Assembly: GCA_977017575.1 (NCBI GenBank)
Contig: CDRNVI010000012.1
Span: 992,001 to 1,056,000 of the forward strand
Reading direction: 5' to 3'
Length of the DNA stretch: 64,000 nt
From: Paramoeba atlantica
Lineage: Eukaryota > Protista > Discosea
Shown here: positions 40,533-51,544 of the stretch, piece after piece
How the letters are laid out: the number at the start of each line of letters is the position of its first letter
Position numbering within the stretch: position 1 is the stretch's first letter
The notes under the pieces: generated by a model
What the model was told of the DNA's origin: nothing
Databases searched by the model: none
What the model saw: only the letters and a program-made list of their open reading frames with translations
Made by a program: the position numbers and the translations under genes

Positions 40533-40855
40533 ACTTTGCTTTAGTCGGACATTTTTTTGCTATAGATTTCTTCACGTTAGCACATGACACTACTTATTGA
40601 GGATTCTTAAAGTTTTATTACTCTAGTTACAGATGGGTAGACTTTGGATGCTTCTTCAGATTTTCACTTACACATTAAAATCTCTTTAAAATGTGTCTGT
40701 GCTTCTACACGATGCTATTCTACACGATACTCTGAGCACTACTCAAACTCGAAAAGCAAAGCAAGCGAGTTAGCGTAGCATGCCGCTCGTGTTCTTGGAG
40801 CTTTAGTGCTGAAGAATATTTACCAAAAAACTCAAGTGTTCAAGCAACGTCTTCC

Positions 40856-42739
40856 ATGGGACTTAATGTACCACGGGCAATACGAGGCATGTTGGGACCT
40901 TCTGTCGTATCTTCGCTTAATTCTCTTTTTGAGAACGAGCATTGGGTTCCTCCACGGGCTCTTGAGCGTCACCTAAATGCCCTTGATCAATCCCTTCTCT
41001 CTTTGCAAGATTTACTTCGTGATGATTCAAGATGGGAATCACGAGATTTCATGAAAGCGAGAAATGAGGTATTGCGTGACGTGTTCTACGACCCAAGTTT
41101 AGTGTGGTCCGATCGCGAGAAAGAAAGTGGACTAGGCGGTCTCGTGGAAAAGGGGGTATTAAAGGTGGCTCGAGTAGATGGAGAAACGCGATATCTTTTA
41201 GGGGAGTCGTCACGGGTCGCGTTAACTGACCTTATTATTGGTACTGCATCTTTTCCCGAGACCTCAAGCAATGTTATGGGGCGATGCGTGAAGCACAGTT
41301 CCCTCGGGAAGCCACTTGATAAGACCTGTGTAGCCTGTTTAAGAGCATCTATCTATTGGTACGCGAGTGACGTATTCAATCATGGTCTCATGTTCCGGGG
41401 CCTCAAAGGTGGAATAAACGTCCACGCTTCCACTAGTGAACATGAGAGTTCCCATGTAGCAAACAGTACATCCTTTAATATTGCCAATGGCACGCCATAC
41501 GATCGCAAGAATGGGATGTCAAATGTTTCTCGAATAGTCTCGAAGATCCCTGCACAGCTCAAAGTTGGATCCTCGAAAGAAAAGTTTATTGAAAATTTTC
41601 TATTTTTTTGCAAGAATCATTTAGGCTCCGGTTGGACTTGGTTAGTTTACGACACGAAGGGAGAAAAGGTCGATGTGCTAAACACGCCGAATCATATTTG
41701 TGCCCTTGCCGTAGGATTTTGGCCGCTCCTTTGTCTAGATATGTGGGAGCATGCCTGGGCTTTCACGGAGAAGGACTTTTTGTCATTAAAAACAAAGAAA
41801 AATTTTGACGACAACGACCCTCCACCATGGACTCGAGCAGCAAGAAGAAAAATTCGCGGACTGCCATCTCTTGCCGCAACCATAACCACCCCAGCGGTCT
41901 ACACTTCGTCCAGTCCGCAGGAGGAGAAAGAAAAATACGTCTTCTCTTATCTAGATTGTGTGGATTGGGAGTTTGTTTCAGGACAAATCCGTGCAGCGCA
42001 GTCGTGGCAAACTCGAAAAGATGTTGAAACACAGAAATGGGATTCATTCGTGCGCAGCGAACGCGACAAGGCGGAGGCAGAAATGAAAAAAGCAGCCTCG
42101 GTTGAAAAATTAAAGGAGGAAAGTTTGGACGAGGGTGTTCAGGACTCTGAAGACACTGCAGAGGCGTCCGAAGAGGAAGTAAAGGACGAGGACGACACGA
42201 GTTCAGGTCGAAATGAAGCTGAGCTAGAAGATAACGACGAGGAAAATGACAATAAGGAATCACATAAGGACATCAATGATTCTATCGCTCCGGGTTCTGT
42301 GGAGACCCAGCATAAATTTGAAAGTCAACAACCTTCCTCTGTTGGAGACGAACTGGGTGACGAAGCTGAAGGAATTTGTATCGGAGTAGGTAGTGAGGTT
42401 ACGTCCCGTGAACTTGTAAAGAAATCTCTCCTTGCAGAGAAAGGGGATGTTGAATCTTTCGTAAGTTCGAAAACGCCGGTCTCTAGTATTGTCTCATCCT
42501 GTGACGCATCTAGTGACACTCTATCTAATGCGGGAAAGGAATCTTTAAAAACATCTACATCCACCACATTAGAAGAGCAATTGTGGAATGATATGTTCTC
42601 CGACCAAGAGGATATATCTCCAAGCGCTTCAAAAACTGAACCTGATGCAGTCTCGCATACGGATGAGAAAGAAGATGAAGAAGACGATCTTCTTTATTCT
42701 TCGAAATTAAAGAAAGGGTCACCGCCGATGGATGAATGA
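40856..42739 (+). CDS. Divergent Fe/Mn superoxide dismutase-fold protein with insertions and long acidic tail
   Basis: VFNHGLMF, GSGWTWLVYD, VLNTPN, PLLCLDMWEHAW, YLDCVDWEFV; no clear N-terminal HH..HH..Y ligand region. Confidence 0.7.
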   Translation: MGLNVPRAIRGMLGPSVVSSLNSLFENEHWVPPRALERHLNALDQSLLSLQDLLRDDSRWESRDFMKARNEVLRDVFYDPSLVWSDREKESGLGGLVEKGVLKVARVDGETRYLLGESSRVALTDLIIGTASFPETSSNVMGRCVKHSSLGKPLDKTCVACLRASIYWYASDVFNHGLMFRGLKGGINVHASTSEHESSHVANSTSFNIANGTPYDRKNGMSNVSRIVSKIPAQLKVGSSKEKFIENFLFFCKNHLGSGWTWLVYDTKGEKVDVLNTPNHICALAVGFWPLLCLDMWEHAWAFTEKDFLSLKTKKNFDDNDPPPWTRAARRKIRGLPSLAATITTPAVYTSSSPQEEKEKYVFSYLDCVDWEFVSGQIRAAQSWQTRKDVETQKWDSFVRSERDKAEAEMKKAASVEKLKEESLDEGVQDSEDTAEASEEEVKDEDDTSSGRNEAELEDNDEENDNKESHKDINDSIAPGSVETQHKFESQQPSSVGDELGDEAEGICIGVGSEVTSRELVKKSLLAEKGDVESFVSSKTPVSSIVSSCDASSDTLSNAGKESLKTSTSTTLEEQLWNDMFSDQEDISPSASKTEPDAVSHTDEKEDEEDDLLYSSKLKKGSPPMDE

Positions 42740-42960
42740 AAGGTTTTCCCTTGAATATTGATTTTCCGAAACATTTTTTACTGACGTGCCACGGTTTCCT
42801 AAGCCTGTAGGAAGTCAGTAGGTCTTGATGCAATTTTATTTTTGGCTAGGCCTTGTTTTTTGTCTGACTACAATTGTCTCTTTGTTTTCAAATTTCTTAC
42901 AGTTGATTTTGCATTCAGCAGTAAGTAGCGTACAGCAGGAGGGTTGAAACCTGTCAGGTT

Positions 42961-43467
42961 TTGCCGGGTTTTGCCAGGTTTTGCCAGGACACCTATTTTG
43001 GGGGGGTCACTTTGGGAGGCGTGCCACGGCTTCAAGAAGGGGTATTTTCGACGAAACAGACCTGGAACTTAGGTGTCAGTGAGGTTCCTTTTGATGCCAT
43101 CACAAATCATATGATGGAATTTTTGAAGAAGTGTTATGGCGGGGTATATGAAGATAGCAAGCGGGATCGGGAGGTTGTGATTCAATGGTTCAAGACGATT
43201 TGGCGTGGTCTACGAGGTGGGACTATTGAATACGGCAGAGTGCACCGCGATCGCAGTAAAAATCTTAAGGAGAAGGTGCAAGAAATTTGTAGCCGCACGG
43301 ATGAGATTCTTGTAGAGTTCAAGAAGGTGCAAAGAGAGGTCGGAGAATTGCGGGATGAAGTACTTGCTCTACGGAAAAAAGTGATCCATCTTGAAATTCT
43401 GAGTATCAAGCAGACGACTGAAAGCATGGGTGAAGTCCATGGGGAAGGAATGAAGAAAGGAATTTAA
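42961..43467 (+). CDS. Transposon-associated ORF of unknown function (homolog of 18669-19022)
   Basis: MMEFLKKCYGGVYE.....QWFKTIWRGLRG....HRDR versus MSDFLGKYYGGKYE.....EWFRTMWRSLRG....HRDR; coiled-coil C-terminus. Confidence 0.55.
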   Translation: MPGFARFCQDTYFGGVTLGGVPRLQEGVFSTKQTWNLGVSEVPFDAITNHMMEFLKKCYGGVYEDSKRDREVVIQWFKTIWRGLRGGTIEYGRVHRDRSKNLKEKVQEICSRTDEILVEFKKVQREVGELRDEVLALRKKVIHLEILSIKQTTESMGEVHGEGMKKGI

Positions 43468-43469
43468 TT

Positions 43470-44040
43470 ATGATGGACGGGTGTCCTTTAGCATGGAGCG
43501 GACCATTTGAAGGGCGGATGCGAATGTTTCGCAAACTCTTCGATCCCTGGATTTTCGCATAAAAAAGATGAGTTATGGCCGATAAGGCATATAAACGTTT
43601 ATAAACGTACGACATTGTCTATGCCAAGAAAAGGGTAATGATATTGATGAGCAATTCGACATGGAGTTTCGGCGAATAAGAAATCGGATCGAACGCTTTT
43701 TTGCTCATATAGATCACCACAAAATTCTTCACTATAATCAACACCGCATTGATTTTGTCAAATCCGGCTTTGGACTGCTTTGGAATGCAGAATGCTTTCG
43801 GTGGAAATTTTGCAAGCGAGAATTGTAACGCGACACGGTGGTTATGTTAGATGCTGAGTCGAAGTTTGTAAACGAGTGGAAATCTAGGCCAGATTGTTTG
43901 TGTACATTTTTTAAGGATGATGCTAGAGACAAAGAAGCAATAAAAGATTACCGCGACAGTATAAAGCGAGAACTTTACATTTCTGGGATCAGGAATGTAG
44001 GAAAGTGCCCAGCACATGCCAAGAAATCGGATGTAACATA
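43470..44040 (+). pseudogene. DDE_Tnp_4 (Harbinger/ISL2EU/IS5-like) transposase relic
   Basis: LAWSGPFEGR, MADKAY, FDMEFRRIRNRIERFFAHIDHHKIL with stops and frameshifts; near-colinear homolog at 48769-49450 (-). Confidence 0.7.
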
Positions 44041-45155
44041 CAGGGGGGGTCACGAAAAAGGTGGGGGGTCTAAAATTTGTACCGTGCGAGCTTTTGACCT
44101 AATTCCTTCGGCATTCAACAGATCTCGAAATTTTAAGACTACTGGCACCATTGTTGCCGCCCCTGAAGCTGATATGACGTCATGATAAATTTTTACTGAA
44201 TTTTTTACCTGAAAATTCTGCAAGAAATCGGATTTTTATCATTTTTTATCATTTTAGCCCATTAATCTATGAATAAAATACCACTTAACTCTTTCTAACA
44301 CATCTTTTATGCCGAAAACACTTCGCCGCCAGAGGCGCACCCTCTCGACGCAACAAATCACTTATGAAACACGTAATTTGCGTCCATGAGGTACAAAACC
44401 AGGGACGTTCGATTACAGACACTGCTGCTCTTATGAAATGCAGTGAAGCAACTGTCTCTCGATGGGTTAAACGCCACCGGGAGACAGGAGGGTTAGAACG
44501 TATAAAATACATACGTAAGAATGCGATTGATAATGAAGAGTTTCGAATAATGTTAGAATCTATTGTAGATGAAGAAAATCAACGTAGTCCCATTGGCTGT
44601 CCATCTTGGAGGTGGGTTCACCGCCAGATCGATCAAACCAAGTACCCATGCTCTCTTTCATCTGTGAAAAGATCACTGAAAAGGAGCGGGTACATAAGCA
44701 GAAAAATGAGGAAAGTTCCTCATCTCACGCCTCAGCACAAATTCGACCGCCTGGAGTTGGCAAATCGTTTGGAGAGGTTCACCCCTTTTCAATACGCCCA
44801 TATTCTGTGGACGGATGAAAAGATTTTTAAATGCGGGTACCACTCACGCAATATTTGGTACATTTGCAAAAGGTCACATGAACCCCTTGAGGTACCAAAA
44901 GATGTTGAGAAATATTTCGGAGGAAAGGGGGTTCATATTTGGATGGCGGTGAGCCTTGAATGGGGGGTTCCCAAGGTTCACTGTTTTCATGAGTTTGCGG
45001 AGAATGAGACGGTCACTAATGAAACGTTTCTCTCTGCCATGACAAAACGAAATAGTTTCTACAACTGGTTAAAGCGTAAACCAGCGGCAACAGTGATCAT
45101 GGATAACGCTCCGGGCCATAATCACGCTCGCCGCGCTTTGTTTATACAAAGCTAA
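44041..45155 (+). mobile_element. Tc1-like transposon, 3'-deleted; transposase ORF 44364-45155
   Basis: TA-CAGGGGGGG...GGGGGGTCTAAAATT left end related to the 19768 TIR; HTH SEATVSRWVKRHRETG, LWTDEKIF (D1), IMDNAPGH (D2); third catalytic motif and right TIR absent. Confidence 0.85.
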
Positions 45156-45572
45156 CGAAAAGTGAAATTCAGAGGAAAAACGAAAAGTTGAAACTCATAC
45201 ACGATGAAGAACAAACTTCCAAGAGAAAGTTTCGCAAATATTCCAATCGGATGGACAAGAAAATGTTTAATCAGAACGAATAATTTATTCGTTCATTATT
45301 ATAATGTTATCAGAATCCGTGATACTATCCTCAGCTGTAAAAGAGTGGAGGAAGGCGGGTGTCCGCTAATTATTAGATAGGGTAATTTTTACTGAGAAAA
45401 AAGAATATCAGAATAATTTCAGTAAGGGCACGACGGAGGTCAACTATTCTTCACTATTTTTGACTAAGTACTTTTCTTCACTACGTCAGAGTGGACTTCG
45501 CGGTTTTTGCCAGGTTTTGCCAGGTTTTGTCTTTCGTAGGTTTCAACCCTCTAAGTTAGTTGATTTTTCACT

Positions 45573-46304
45573 ATGATACTACATACATGTATGATAGCTC
45601 CCGCGGACGAACCACATTGTAACCACTGCATCACGAAACCCCGCTGCGCAAGTAAAGTACATTCCAGTGTTTTACCTCCGGAGTACCGTCTTGCCCAGGT
45701 AGTACACAATATTTCCAATCCGGCACCATCTTGGAAGGTCACACACTCAGCATGTGAATGGGAAGGCGTCTCCTGTGACCTCCATGGCAGAGCTTCAAGC
45801 ATTGACTGGGAGTTGCCAACCCGAACCCTAAGCGGAACACTTGACATTATTCTACTTCCTGGTACTGTTGTCTCGTTTGATTGTTGCGAGAATGAAATTG
45901 TAGGTAAGGTGGATCTGATTGGTCTTCCGGAGGCTTTAAAAAAGATAAATCTAGCGTACAACTTTTTTACGGGAAAAGCTTCGTTGCATTCATTACCCAG
46001 CACATTGCAGCGTCTTGTTTTGGCCGAAAATGAGCTACAAGGCAGGGTCGATTTAACTCAGCTTCCTACAACACTGTCATTTCTTTCACTTCGTTGTAAT
46101 CATTTCTATGGAAAACTTAACTTTCTTCATCTTCCCCAACATCTTGCTGTTCTTTATCTGAACCAAAACAGGTTTTCTGGGTTAGCTAACATGCGCAATT
46201 TACCTCCAAAGATGCGTATCATAAATTTATGCGAAAATTGCTTCAGTGATATAGTACCGAGGCCCGCTCCGCTATGCGTGGCCACAATTGGAATGTTTGC
46301 TTAA
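45573..46304 (+). CDS. Leucine-rich repeat protein, family copy 3
   Basis: SKVHSSVLPPEYRL, ACEWEGVSC, about six LRRs. Confidence 0.85.
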   Translation: MILHTCMIAPADEPHCNHCITKPRCASKVHSSVLPPEYRLAQVVHNISNPAPSWKVTHSACEWEGVSCDLHGRASSIDWELPTRTLSGTLDIILLPGTVVSFDCCENEIVGKVDLIGLPEALKKINLAYNFFTGKASLHSLPSTLQRLVLAENELQGRVDLTQLPTTLSFLSLRCNHFYGKLNFLHLPQHLAVLYLNQNRFSGLANMRNLPPKMRIINLCENCFSDIVPRPAPLCVATIGMFA

Positions 46305-46356
46305 TCACTAGGCGAAAAAATACTAACAGGAAGAAGCAGAAGTATCAATGCTACTA

Positions 46357-46800
46357 TTAAACTCGATCAATACCAGCGTTAACGGCGGCCCCAAAGTACA
46401 TATACTTGTCAATACCTGTCTTTAGGATATCCCAGAGTTCATTTGCAAGAACAGATTCGTACTGATGCAGCTTTTCAGTCTTGGGAAAAAATGTAGGAAA
46501 TTGCTGAATTGTGATGTTAGATGGACATTGTTCAAGGAAAGACCGAACGTCAAGAACTGTTGCGAAGGAATGCTCATAAGCGCATGCATGCAAGGAACGG
46601 TGCGAGTAGCGTAAAATCCAGCCTCCTTGTTGCTTGTCAAGGCGACCTGGACGGCTGTAGCCTGCTCCGGCTTGACTCGGATTTCACATTCTCTCCTATG
46701 ATGATAATAATTTCGTGTCCGACAATGAGACTCGAAACGACAGCCAGGGGCAGTGCATTCGTAGCTGGCCGGAAGCTCTGATAAAATTCTGGAGATTCAG
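46357..46800 (-). pseudogene. Decayed ORF with a C2HC-like zinc finger, probably part of the interrupted transposon
   Basis: Minus-strand YECTAPGCRFESHCRTRNYYHHRREC, then a frameshift into the 46357-46593 frame. Confidence 0.35.
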
Positions 46801-46854
46801 CTCAAGGTCGCAAAGTTAGGAAAGTAGTAAATCTGTGAGAAGTAATTAATTATT

Positions 46855-48753
46855 AACCGGACTCCCCGGCGGGGCACCACTCTTCCTACAGGCCCATCGC
46901 CATGGGAGAGTGCATCCTCAAGGTGGCGGGGCTCCTTGCCCTGGAGAAAATCCGGGAACATCTCCCCACTTACTTTCAGGGCATCCAGTTTGGAGCCCAA
47001 TACACGCAGGGGTGTGAGCACATAATTTATAATGTGCGACAGCACTTCAGGGACAGGCCGAAGGAGGTCATCGTGGCGGCAGACCTCGAGAACGCCTTTA
47101 ATAGCATCTCACGGTCGGCAATTTTTAGGGCGGTAAGGGGGGATCCGAAACTCCTCCCCATTGAGGGCATCACCCTGTTCAGCTACGGCACCACCAGTAC
47201 CCTTCACCTTGGGGAAGGCCAATGCATCACGAGCTCAAGGGGGGTCAAGCAGGGCGACCCCATGGCTCCCATCCTATTTGCCATAGGGATCCAGGGGGCA
47301 ATCGCCAGAGTGGCGGCCAACTTCACAGGCACGCTGAAGGTCTGGGCGTACCTGGATGACGTCACCTTTGATGGTGAACCCAAGGTTTGCGCGGAAGCCC
47401 TAGAGGCCCTCCGCGAGGAGCTGAAGCATCTTGGGCTACGGTTAAATACTGCTAAATGCAAAGTAGCTACCAGACGCGAGGACCTCTTCTCCGAGTTCTC
47501 CGGATCTCGCATGGTCCACTCCCCCGGGGGGGTCAAACTACTGGGGGCCTTCATCGGGGTGTCGGAGGCTAGGGAGGAAGAATGGGTGCTTTCCAAGGCC
47601 CCCAAGGTAATCTCCTTCCTGGGGAAACTCAAGGACATTAGCAGGCAATGCGCCTTGCCCCTTTTAAGACTCTGTGGGAGTCCTCGATGGAACTACATCG
47701 TAAGGACCCACGACCCCCCGGTCACTAAAGTGGCCAATACCCAGGTCGACAAAGCCGTCCTGGCATGTGCTGAGGCCTTGCTCGGGGGGATGGGCTCCTT
47801 GGGAAAAACGCCGTTCTCCAATAACCTTTTCACGGCAGATTTCCTGGGGACCATCCCCTTCGCGCACAAGGCGGAAGACATGCAGGCCAAGGCGAAGAAC
47901 GCCCTACAGGGCCGACCCCAAGGCATGTCAGCCAAGGAACAGCGGCGCAACCTCTGTGAGGCCGCGTTGGGGAAAGCCCCGACGGCCACCCAACTGGTCT
48001 GCATGCGACAGACCCAGAACATTCACTCCACTAAGTGGATGAACGCATGGCCCAACAGGCCGGAGTATTACATGCGGGACCCGCAGTGGGAGACTGCGGC
48101 CCGTCTCCGGTACTTGGTCGCCCCCACCTCGGAACCTGAGCTCCAGTGCGTGTGCGGTGCAACCCTCCGCAATGAGGAGTTTTGCGTACACGCACTGGAT
48201 TGCAAAAAGGTTAAGGGGAAGACCCAGGCCTCCCGCCACAAGGAGGTCAAGGAAACCTTTCGAAACCTTCTTGTGCAGTATGGTTTCAAACCGGACCTAC
48301 ACGAACCGAGGTTCGACAATGGACGGGGGCCCGACATATGCTTCCAGCTGGGACGGAAGACTGCCCTAGTTGATGTCACCGTGGTGAACCCACTGGCCCC
48401 GTCCTACGTGGAGAAGGAGGCCGCAGAGCCCTCTCATACCCTGAGGATGGCAGAGGCCAACAAGCGGCGCTCACACGATGAGATGGCGACCGCCCGAGGG
48501 ATGGAATTTTACCCCTTGGCATTCACCACGTATGGGATCCCGGGCCCAGAGACTTTGAACTTCCTAACCAAGGTGGCCCGGGCTCACTCATCCGACAAGA
48601 ACGGATGCATGTCCCACCTTCTGATGGCCATAGGGGTGGCCATCCAGAAAGGTAATGCCCAGATTGTACAGGCGGCAGTACAGGACTGGTACCGCCGCGG
48701 GGTACGAGGCTAGCTGGGCGATGGGATTAGGGAAAAAAAAGGAAAAAAAAAAA
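46855..48753 (+). mobile_element. 5'-truncated CRE/SLACS/CZAR-clade non-LTR retrotransposon (RT + CCHC + restriction-like endonuclease)
   Basis: Frame open from 46857 to 48713: RPIAMGE, QFG, DLENAFNSISR, GVKQGDPMAP.LF, AYLDDV, GLRLN..KC, LLGAFIG, CVCG..H..DC, RH..EP..PDI..DVT..K. Poly(A) tail; TSD AATTAATTATT at 46844-54 and 48754-64. Confidence 0.95.
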
Positions 48754-48768
48754 AATTAATTATTCTTT

Positions 48769-49450
48769 TTAATTTGCTTCTGTTGCGCTTCTTTCTATTA
48801 TCCTGCCTTTTTTCAGACCTGCATGAGCAGCTTTCTGCGAAGCTGCCTTAGACTTCAGTTCACTCCTTGTTAATTTATTATGTCTCCTGATTTTTTTCCC
48901 ATGGGCGGAGCACTTCCCAAAGCGGGTGACCCCAATCTTCTTGAGAGCATGCGAATATTCCCCGATATTCCCCTGTATTCGCTGCGTCTTCCATGTCGTA
49001 CCTGTGAAATGTGCAATGGCACATGGGCCGGCTTTTCCATTCCTGTACAACGGAATGATCAAGTGGAATTTTTTCTATGGTATCGTGATAATATTTTGTT
49101 TCGTCAATTTTCCAACGAATGCATTCCGCATTACAAGTAAGCCCGAACACCAATCTAACGAATTCGACACGGTGTTGATTATAATGGAAAATTTTATGTT
49201 GATCCAGAAACGCAAAGAAGCGCTCTACACTATTTCGGATTCGGCGGAATTCCACATCGAACTCCTCGTCTATATCATCTCTCTTTTCCTGGCAAAGGCA
49301 ATGCCGCACACTTATGTAAGCTTTATCATCCATTATCATTTCATCCTGGGTCTGTGGCTAAGCATGGAAAACTTAGCGTCGCTGGACGTTTTAGTGTCCG
49401 CTTATTTGAGTGCATAATCAATTTCCGAAGGCCAGCATACCCATGCAGTT
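48769..49450 (-). pseudogene. DDE_Tnp_4 (Harbinger/ISL2EU-like) transposase relic, copy 2
   Basis: MDDKAY.SVRHCLCQEK.DDIDEEFDVEFRRIRNSVERFFAFLD..KIFHYNQHR, EWKSRP.C.CTF, GKC.AH.KK; frameshifted. Confidence 0.75.
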
Positions 49451-50280
49451 TTGGCTCGCAGTGGCTGGCAGCGTTTGACAGCGTACGGCAGCGTATGACA
49501 CGAATTTGAGAAAAATGAAATTAAATTATTGGCCGCACTTGTATTTGAAAAGGAAAAATTCTACTAGAATTTTTTGTTTTACAAAAACATCGCCTTTCAG
49601 GAACCTTTCACCTTCAATACTCAACTTCAATTCAGTCTGAACTTCAATTCATCACCGAATTCAGCACAGTCCCTTCAGATTTCAATCCTTTCCGCACTGA
49701 GTTCACGTTAAAAAGAGCACGAACGGCTACTTTCGTCTTTGCGCAGGTGACCATTGAGCCGAGCTTATATCACCGCCCCGTTTAGTTCCTGCAGCAAGAG
49801 CTGAAATTCTGCATAGATCCGCTTGCGTGGCATGCTACAGGCATCTGCGAGAGCGCCTAGGAGGCTTTTAGTGTTCTCATGCAAACATCCACCCGAAAGA
49901 CCTAGCACACATTGAAAGCTATCAGACCGGGATTTTTCCTGTTCTGACATATGTATCTTGTTTTCGTTCATAGTAAATCTCACCTGTGGCCCAGTACACG
50001 ACGTTGTCTGGGCCGGATCGACGAAAGGACCGTCCGACACACGTTTTTTCGTGAAGTTTTCGATGGTTCGAATTTCACTCAGCAAGCTTGACCGCACCGA
50101 GACCCCGCCGAGACCGTACCGAATCCCCACCCGCTGCCCCTGGCATGTTCGGGTAACCAGCTGGTTTGTCTTCAGGGAGAAAGGCTCTATCCTATCCTAT
50201 CCTATTAGGCCGATTTGCGTCGGCTGAAAGTGCGACTGCTTCGTTTTTCGTGAATTTTCTCTTAGGTGAGTCTTCTTCCT

Positions 50281-50617
50281 TCCTTTCGCTCGAACAGGTC
50301 TCCTTTAACCCCGCAGTTCCGGTCCAAAGCCCGGAGCCACCAACTGATATGGGTTTACCTTAACGGTACCTTGTCAGTTTAGCGGAAAGGGGATGGAAGG
50401 TTTACTTTGTTCAACGCTTCATTTCTTTAAAAAAAATCTTTGATTTTCCCATTCATGTAAAGCAATACGAACCGTCTAAAACAGAAGACGCAAACAGCCT
50501 AAAATGTAGGAAAGCTAACAACGCCCTTCAAGGCCTGGAAAAGAGGGGTAGACGGAAGTGCATTCGACACTGGCTTTGTACCAGCAGGGTTAAAGGAGAC
50601 CTGTTCAAGCGAAAGGA
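50281..50617. mobile_element. MITE-like element with 31-bp inverted repeats
   Basis: 50281-50311 versus 50587-50617, one mismatch; no clear TSD. Confidence 0.65.
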
Positions 50618-50851
50618 GGTAACGCATTACTACCCTTTAGGGACATTATGCACACTTCCTGTCCCACGATCGGGTCGAATGCACTCCGTAGTGAACTACG
50701 GCTTACTTGGGCCCGCAAATTTTGTTTTAGAAGTAACTAATTTGCGTTGATAAGTACACGTTAACGACTTATGAGATCGCTGCGCTACATACCGCGTTAC
50801 ATACCGCTACCTGCGCACGCACATACCTACTATTTATCAGGGGCTGGGCCC

Positions 50852-51462
50852 GTATGTAGCACGATCTACCGAGGGTGGACTCGTATGTAGCACGATCCAC
50901 CGAGGGTGGATTCGTATGTAGCACGATCCACCGAGGGTGGATTCGTATGTAGCACGATCCACCGAGGGTGTGTTCGTATGTAGCACGATCCACCGAGGGT
51001 GGATTCGTATGTAGCACGATCCACTGTGGGTGGATTCGTATGTAGCACGATCCACCGAGGGTGGATTCGTATGTAGCACGATCCACCGATGGTGGATTCG
51101 TACACCGAAGGTGGATTCACCATTCGGTGGGTGGATTCGTATGTAGCACGATCCACCGAGGGTGTGTTCGTATGTAGCACGATCCACCGAGGGTGGATTC
51201 GTATGTAGCACGATCCACCGAGGGTGTGTTCGTATGTAGCACGATCCACCGAGGGTGGATTCGTATGTAGCACGATCCACCGATGGTGGATTCGTACACC
51301 GAAGGTGGATTCACCATTCGGTGGGTGGATTCGTATGTAGCACGATCCACCGAGGGTGAATTCGTATGTAGCACGATCCACTGTGGGTGGATTCGTATGT
51401 AGCACGATCCACCGAGGGTGGACTCGTATGTAGCACGATCCACTGTGGGTGGACTCGTATAT
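50852..51462. repeat. 31-bp minisatellite (about 18 units) with internally palindromic unit and a higher-order duplication
   Basis: Unit CGAGGGTGGATTCGTATGTAGCACGATCCAC (period 31, e.g. 50901 and 50932); variant block repeated near 51085 and 51280. Confidence 0.95.
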
Positions 51463-51544
51463 AGTAAGCGTGCCACAATGCGCTCAGTGGGCTTATGTGG
51501 ACTCCATAATCACCGTTTAATTTATGTATAATATGTACATATTA

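Larger units (their letters stand above)
42939..45551 (+). mobile_element. Harbinger/ISL2EU-like element with a nested Tc1 insertion
   Basis: 14-bp TIR GAGGGTTGAAACCT (42939-52) / AGGTTTCAACCCTC (45538-51); CCAGGTTTTG 10-mers inside both ends; right flank TAA, left flank CAG (TSD mismatched). Confidence 0.65.

Noticed and set aside
50065-50075. tRNA T-loop-like GGTTCGAA (also near 35325)
   Set aside because: No acceptor stem, D arm or anticodon arm can be folded around it.
50852-51462. CRISPR array
   Set aside because: Units are palindromic, but linkers are only 5 nt and repeat; no unique spacers, no cas genes, eukaryotic context.
50769-51476. Repetitive minus-strand ORFs (MDRATYEST...)
   Set aside because: Translations of the 31-bp minisatellite cycling through frames.
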